From Psammoneis japonica (taxonomy: Eukaryota): a stretch of DNA of 64,000 bases. The notes under the pieces were generated by a model. It did no database searches. It saw nothing but the letters and a program-made list of their open reading frames with translations, and was not told the DNA's origin. Positions 58,159 through 64,000 of the stretch are shown here, piece after piece. Both the position numbers and the translations under genes were made by a program. The stretch covers positions 62,001-126,000 of the forward strand of contig QPGO01000129.1 in NCBI GenBank assembly GCA_008632985.1, in the 5' to 3' direction. How positions within the stretch are numbered: position 1 is the first letter of the stretch; every line of letters begins with the position of its first letter.

Positions 58159-60130
58159 TTAGCGCTCAGGAAAGGCAGTCCATGGTCTCATGTCATACGA
58201 CGTTTCCCAATCAAGAGGAACGCTATCGACGGGCTGTTTGTCTTGGTCCTTCTTCGCCGCGCACCACTCATGAACAAAAGCGAGTGCATCTAAAATTCTT
58301 TCTCGATTACTTTCCGGGCAATTTTGCAAATCAATTGCATAATCGATACCTGGGTTTACCCCACATCCAGGCATCCAAGGGAAACCTGGTCCCATGATTT
58401 CTGCATTCTCGTCGTGAGATTTGTCAAGTGACCACTTTTCCGCATTGGGTTGTATGGGAGCGTACCGCTCTTTGCAAAAGTCACGCAGCCCATAAGCTTT
58501 GATAATGTTATGCATCCAAACAATGTTTCCCAACTGAGTCCCATACTTGGAGTCCGACCAATTGGGTAAGCCAACGTGCCAGGTCTCGGCAAAGTCTTTC
58601 CCGATGGCATCGCTCATTGCTTGTTGCAGACGACTATAAATCACTTTGGATTTGCTTAACGCGGCCTGAGGATCGGCCTCAAAAGATAAAGCCGCCACAA
58701 TGGGTTGATCTAAATCACTCGGCCTCGCAGCGCCACAAACAATAGTATGAATGGGCGGTCCGTTCGCGACAATTGCATCGTGGTGCCACAGCCACGTGGA
58801 CGCAAACGTCATGGGCTCCATTTCGGGCAAAGTCAAATCACGCAAGGTGTTTGAAGGAGCGTACACACGACCGCCCTTGTCGTAGGGAGAAATGATAAAG
58901 ACACCCATGTCTAACTCGTGCGCCAATTGAATATTGGAAAGGTTTCCACCGAATGCACCATCCCCACTCGCCGTATACGACCCGCAAAAGTGATAGTGCA
59001 AATTGACATAATCAAATTTGTTGGTTTTGATTGTCTTTTCAATCAAGGAGCAGCTAGCGTGGGTAGAGAAGCCAATGTGAAAAATCTTTCCCTCTTGTTT
59101 GAGCTCGACCAAGGCTTGGTAGAGGTCGTTTTGGCCAAACAGCCATTCCAAATGTCCCGCCGTGTTGACGCCGTGAACCGAAAACAAATCAACATAGTCC
59201 AATTGAAGCAGCTCTAGCTGCGCCTCGACCAGTTGCTTGTACTCCTCCTTGGTTGTGGAACTGGAAACCCCGCCCTTGGTCTGAATGATCAAGTCAGAGC
59301 GCTTGCAGAAGCCCGAATCAAACAACTGCTTCAACGCGTTTCCCAACTGCAATTCGCTTGATCCGTAACCTGAAACAGCATAGTGAGAAGAAACCTTGTA
59401 TGTTAGATTCACCTTTGAAATGTAATCATAATAAACGGATAGAGCAAGCTCACTCACCCTTTGCGGTCTCAATGTGCGTCATTCCCATGCGAATTGCGTA
59501 CTTTAACGTTTCAACCAAGTTGTCCTGACACTCTTTTTCAACCTGTTCCATGGAGAGCACAGGCTCACCATTATCACGATTCCAAGATTGCTGGAATCGC
59601 ATTCCTCCCAGAGTGACAATGGGAATTTGTACTTCAGTCCGTCCATAGCGCACAGTCGGAACGCGTCTTTTCTCCGTACTATTGAGAATACCAGTCATGA
59701 TTCGGCATTCTTCCGCAAGGAGAGCCAAGGATGCGTCCATTTTGGCTTTGGAGAGGTAAACAGGCGCCTTTGATACCGACGCGTCTTTCTCCTCTTCCTC
59801 CTCATCTTCTTCTTGAAACAATTGCATGCGAGACCGACGACGTTCAAACCGTAGCGTGGACGAAACGTTTCTTCCCACCTTTACCAATCGATCCGTAGCA
59901 CTACTCTCTTGACTACCATTCAACTCTAGCGCCTCCAAGTACTCGGGACAAGCCTTTTGTAAAAAGGTCTTTGCCACCTTGACCATTTGTTTCGTATCAT
60001 GGAGAGCGTTGGGATCATCGTTGGTACCGTCTCCGGTAGAATGCGTCGCGAGAATGGCCGCATCGAAAAAGGCCATTTCCGACATGACCAAAGATCCCTG
60101 GCGATTGTAAGCTGGACGTGACTTGGACAT
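58159..60130 (-). CDS. Aldo/keto reductase family oxidoreductase with N-terminal extension; intron 59370-59457
   Basis: VRYGRTE...TLGGMRFQ, HIETAK|GYGSSE, IQTK, LDYVDLFSVHG, HIGFSTH and ISPYDKGG. Confidence 0.88.
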
Positions 60131-60417
60131 GTTTCGATGTGTTTTCTTGAGAGAGAGCTTGTTTGAACTGGGAGAGCAAGGCAATGTACTGTAAGGTGAG
60201 AAATGCTTTCTTCTGGAGCAGCGCAGTGTCGTGCGTTGTTACTTGTGTTGGAAGAATCATGGCGAGTCAGAAAAAGATGAATGAGGCCCATTCGCAAACG
60301 TACGAAAAAATCGATTTGCAGGCAATAGCACCAATAATGGTAAATATCAACGAATATTATGGTTATGTCTGTTTGACGTTTTTGCTCTTGCGTTTCGTTC
60401 GGACCTTGCAAAAACTA

Positions 60418-62983
60418 CATTGGTGTTTCACGAAGAAGTGCCACGCCCAGAGACATGCAGGGGCGTTTTAGAAATGTCTTTGAACGCTTGACAAGGCTAC
60501 AATGCAAAAAAGCGAATGACGCACGCACCAGTGACGAGAATTGGCGAAAATTGACATGCAGATCGTTGTTTTTGTTCCAGTGAAATCGAGAAACGTTGTT
60601 TGTTTGCACCAAACACCTCTTTCCCCCAGTGTTGCCCGCTGTCCAACAATCGCCTTTTGTGTCTCGAATGATGTCGTGCACTTGGCATTGTTGAAAATGA
60701 TTGGCCACAAGCAGCGTTTGGGCAACCTGCCGAGCACGGATTTTGGACTCAGCGGGACACCATCATCCTGAAGAACATTGTTGATCAAGATCCTGGCCTT
60801 TGTCTGAATGAATTGGTGATCCAAATGAACCAGGTCACTCACAAGAAACAGATCCCAGCCCAGATGCGTGAGAAACTCAGAAAGGAAGTGGGACGCTCCC
60901 TTCAAATTGTGACAAACAAGGCCATGGAAATGGATGAGAAAGAAAGGGAATCACATCTCCAAGCATTGAAGGCTGCAGCTCATTGACCTCAAATGCTTTT
61001 GCACTTGGATGAGTCACACAAAGATCAAAATTCATCAAGACGATGGCGCTGGTGGTCTTGATGAGGTGCAGCTGCTGTTCGATCAATGTCCTTTGAGATC
61101 AACAAATGGGCTCGGCATTCATTGCTCGTGGCTTGCGACAATGACGGATTCGCAAAGGAGGCCTGTGGCACTGTTCCTCGGGGCAATGTGCAAAAGATGA
61201 AGAGAGCAACCCATTTGCAGGAGCAGCTTGAGATCAGGAGTGATTTGAACTTTGGTTCAAAGAGAAACCAGCTCCTTGCATTGGCAACTTTGAAGAGGGA
61301 GAGCCAAGGTCCATTGTTGTGCTTGACAATGTGTCAACTAACCACTCACAGTGCATCACGGACGTCAGTGAAGAAACGAAAGCCATTCTCATCTTTGCTG
61401 CCCCATGCTGCCCTCCTGACTTGAATCCCATTGAAATGATGTTTGGCCACTGTGGGTTGAGCGCCACCTTGACGCTCTTGACAGCATCACTCCCACAACA
61501 GCTCACCCACATTGTCGTCCATTGTCAGGTCCCCGGTTGCGATCATCACCCTTCAGTGGCTTCTCTTAAGAAGGAAACTGAGTTGCAGTGACTGGCGCCT
61601 GTTCTCAGAGCACAAGAGGAGCACAAGAGGTGGTGGAGGCAAGTGCTTGTCATGGCGGCAAGCAAGAGGCACCGTCTCTGCCTTAGATTGGCGGCGCAAC
61701 AGATTGGAATGGAGTTTGTTGCTCTTGCTGCAACGTTCAATGGATGGAATGCAGTTTGGTGCACATGGCCAGAGTGTGCTTCCTTGCCAAACTCATCACA
61801 TTCCCTTTCCGTCAGACTGCCAAGACCAACTCCAGTGGCCTCCTCAAAGTCTGCCCATGATTCAATTTTGAGTGTTTTTAGAACTCCCCAATTCAACTGG
61901 TGAATTCTGGCTGCACACTGGCTTGATTTTTCATTGTGTTCCTGGATGACGGGCCCAAGGACATTGACAATCAGTTTGGAAAATCACAATCTTTGATGTT
62001 CTCCTTGGTCTTGGAAGCCTGAATGTGATTCTCATTGGTCTTGCCAGTGCAATGTTTCCTTCCTTTGTCCTTCTTTTGCTCAGCCAGGTGGACAACATGT
62101 GCTGACCTTCGAGTGGTTTTGGTTCATTTCTTGGCAGGCGATGTGATTTTGAGTGCATGTCGGAAGGAAGCTTTGTTGGTCAAAGCCTGCAATGTGTCTC
62201 CCTTTTCCACCAGAGGAGTGGGGTGGAGCTCATCCTGCAGATGGGAAGCAGAGTGCATGTAGAAAGTGCATCCTGAATTGTCGATCGCCCTCTCGAATTT
62301 CATGCTCAACCCCTCCCGGTTCTCCAAGGCTTTGTCCATGGCATCTTCAACATCTTGGAAACCTGGGCTGCAGTCAAGATCTCCATTGCTGATGTTGTTC
62401 AGCAAGAAGTTGTCATTGAACAAAGCTTCCTTCTTTCCAGCGACTGGAGAGTCGAAGAATCACAGGCGCCAACTCGAAATCAAATGCGGAGTCATCTGAC
62501 ATCAGCTGGGTTGTCTTCCTCTTCATGATCTGAGATGAGCTGCTCTCTGATGCATCACTTGGAGACAAAGGCATGTGTTGAAAAGCCTTCCTTCTCTTTG
62601 TGCTTCGCCTTTTAGCCTCAATGGTTGAGACACAGAGATCAACTGACAATCTAAGAAAAAATCCGTGCTCGGCATCTTTACGGACATCAGTTGCACACCA
62701 CAATGTTCAGCAAAACCAAGAGCACAGTGTCACACAACACGCAAAAGGTGAATGTTAGACAGCAGGTGATGTGGGGGTGAACCACGCAGCAGCACAAACA
62801 AACAATTCTCATCGATTTCAAGAGGAACAACAACAGATTTTCGAGTCGGTTTTCAACGGATCTCTTTCTTGGAACGCACCAGCATCAATTTTTTGCACTG
62901 CAGATTGATGGAGCATGCAAAGACATTTCTAAAACGCCCCTGCATGTCTCTGGGTGTGGCTTGGTTGATGAGAAATGACACTG
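60418..62983 (+). mobile_element. Decayed IS630/Tc1/mariner DNA transposon, ~2.6 kb
   Basis: 43-bp inverted repeat at 60440-60482 and 62918-62960 (42/43). Putative ends TA|CATTG and CACTG. Transposase relic inside. Confidence 0.75.
60950..61600 (+). pseudogene. IS630/Tc1 DDE transposase relic; coordinates approximate
   Basis: CLDNVSTNHS...APCCPPDLNPIEMMFG matches the xDN...PPYSPDLNPIE signature. Confidence 0.75.
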
Positions 62984-63689
62984 AGAGGCAGCAAGAGTGG
63001 TGTGACGAGTGTTGTGATCAAAATTTTTTTTCTTTTTGCGCATGTCTGTGTGTGTGCAACTTGGTGTCACAATGGACACACATCATTTGTGCACTTCAAT
63101 CAGTCCATTTCTTGATGCCTTTGCATGCCGTCTTTGTCATCCCATGCCTTTTGATGCACGGGCCATGCCAGTCTGTCTGGAGATTCACAATCTCATCACA
63201 TTGGTGCTTCCTGTTCTTTCTGTTGTTCTTTGTGTCCAGAATCATTTGGCACACATCCAAAACATTGTGATGCATGCAAGGGGGTTGCTGGTCAACTGGT
63301 TTGTGTTTCCTTTGAGCTTTTGTGCCAACTCATCATGCGCAACTTTGAAGCTCAGGTTTTGAGCTTTTGACAGCATCTCATTGATGTCCACATCCAACGA
63401 TTGTTCGCTGACATTGTGCAATGCTTCTGTGGCAATCATCATGTCCTTCAAGCAGTTTTCTGACCACCGCTGCACAGTCACATGTCATGCTGTGTCCCCA
63501 ACTCATTGCTGAGCCAAGTCACATCATCCATCTCATTGATGGCCAATGGCTCCTTTTCTTTTGATGAACAGATGGTTTGTGGTGCAAGTGTCACATTCCG
63601 TCATGTCAGAGGTGCTGCCAGCCTCACATTGCCAAGGGATCTTTCACCCACACCACACATCAGAATTCCCTTTTTGACATCACAAACAG

Positions 63690-64000
63690 GATGCACTCCT
63701 GTTGTTCTTGATTCTCAACTGCCTGTGATGGCTTGCTTCAACTTTCAGAACTTCTTGCCCTGCAACGGCTTTGTCGTGAAGTCTCCAAGCATGTCATCTG
63801 TTGGACAACACTGTGCTCTTGGGTTGCCCTTCTTCGCTTGATCAGCAATGAAGAAATGCCAAATGTTGAGCACCCCAGACTGTTTCCCAGCACTCTTGTG
63901 CCCATTGGTTTCCAGCAGTGTGGCACTTTTGTTGTCCTGACATGGGACATTCTTGTCAATCAGACAACCCTGGTGTTCCACAAACAACTTGCTCCACAGG
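63690..64000 (-). mobile_element. Ty1/copia retrotransposon relic (RNase H C-terminus); continues beyond the window
   Basis: QDNKSATLLETNG..SAGK...LNIWHFFIAD...CPTDDMLGDFTTKPLQGKKF, followed by a PPT-like acaggagtg at ~63693-63701 on the minus strand. Confidence 0.85.

Noticed and set aside
63000..63690. 3' LTR of the copia relic
   Set aside because: No clear TG-initiated LTR follows the PPT-like site and the partner LTR is outside the window; the region is left unassigned.

Overview
Eukaryotic, gene-dense DNA with short GT-AG introns. Signal peptides with plastid-type AF/SW motifs, an RxL secreted protein and a Ty1/copia relic suggest a diatom or other photosynthetic stramenopile (inference). 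Host genes include a METTL21-like methyltransferase, DAP epimerase, an SGNH-like membrane protein, THOC1, RACK1, a double sulfotransferase, an MJ1316-EEP-2H-poly(A) polymerase fusion and an aldo/keto reductase. About 45% of the window is mobile DNA. (1) A 4.2-kb P-like TIR element with an 8-bp TSD (5091-9310). (2) A ~15-kb decayed Plavaka-type transposon (~11.6-26.9 kb) carrying DOT1-like methyltransferase, PhyH-like dioxygenase and TET/JBP-like cargo, with two nested ~396-bp MITEs. (3) An unidentified, more decayed relic (~27-31.1 kb). (4) A head-to-tail tetramer of a 771-bp TGT...ACA element inserted into a ferredoxin/TPR gene (41332-44422). (5) IS630/Tc1 and copia relics at the right end. 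The strongest signal is repeat-restricted loss of TpA dinucleotides (TA->TG/CA), a RIP-like hypermutation acting on TA rather than C. It can be read directly by comparing the tandem copies. All family assignments are by eye from motifs; no searches were run.
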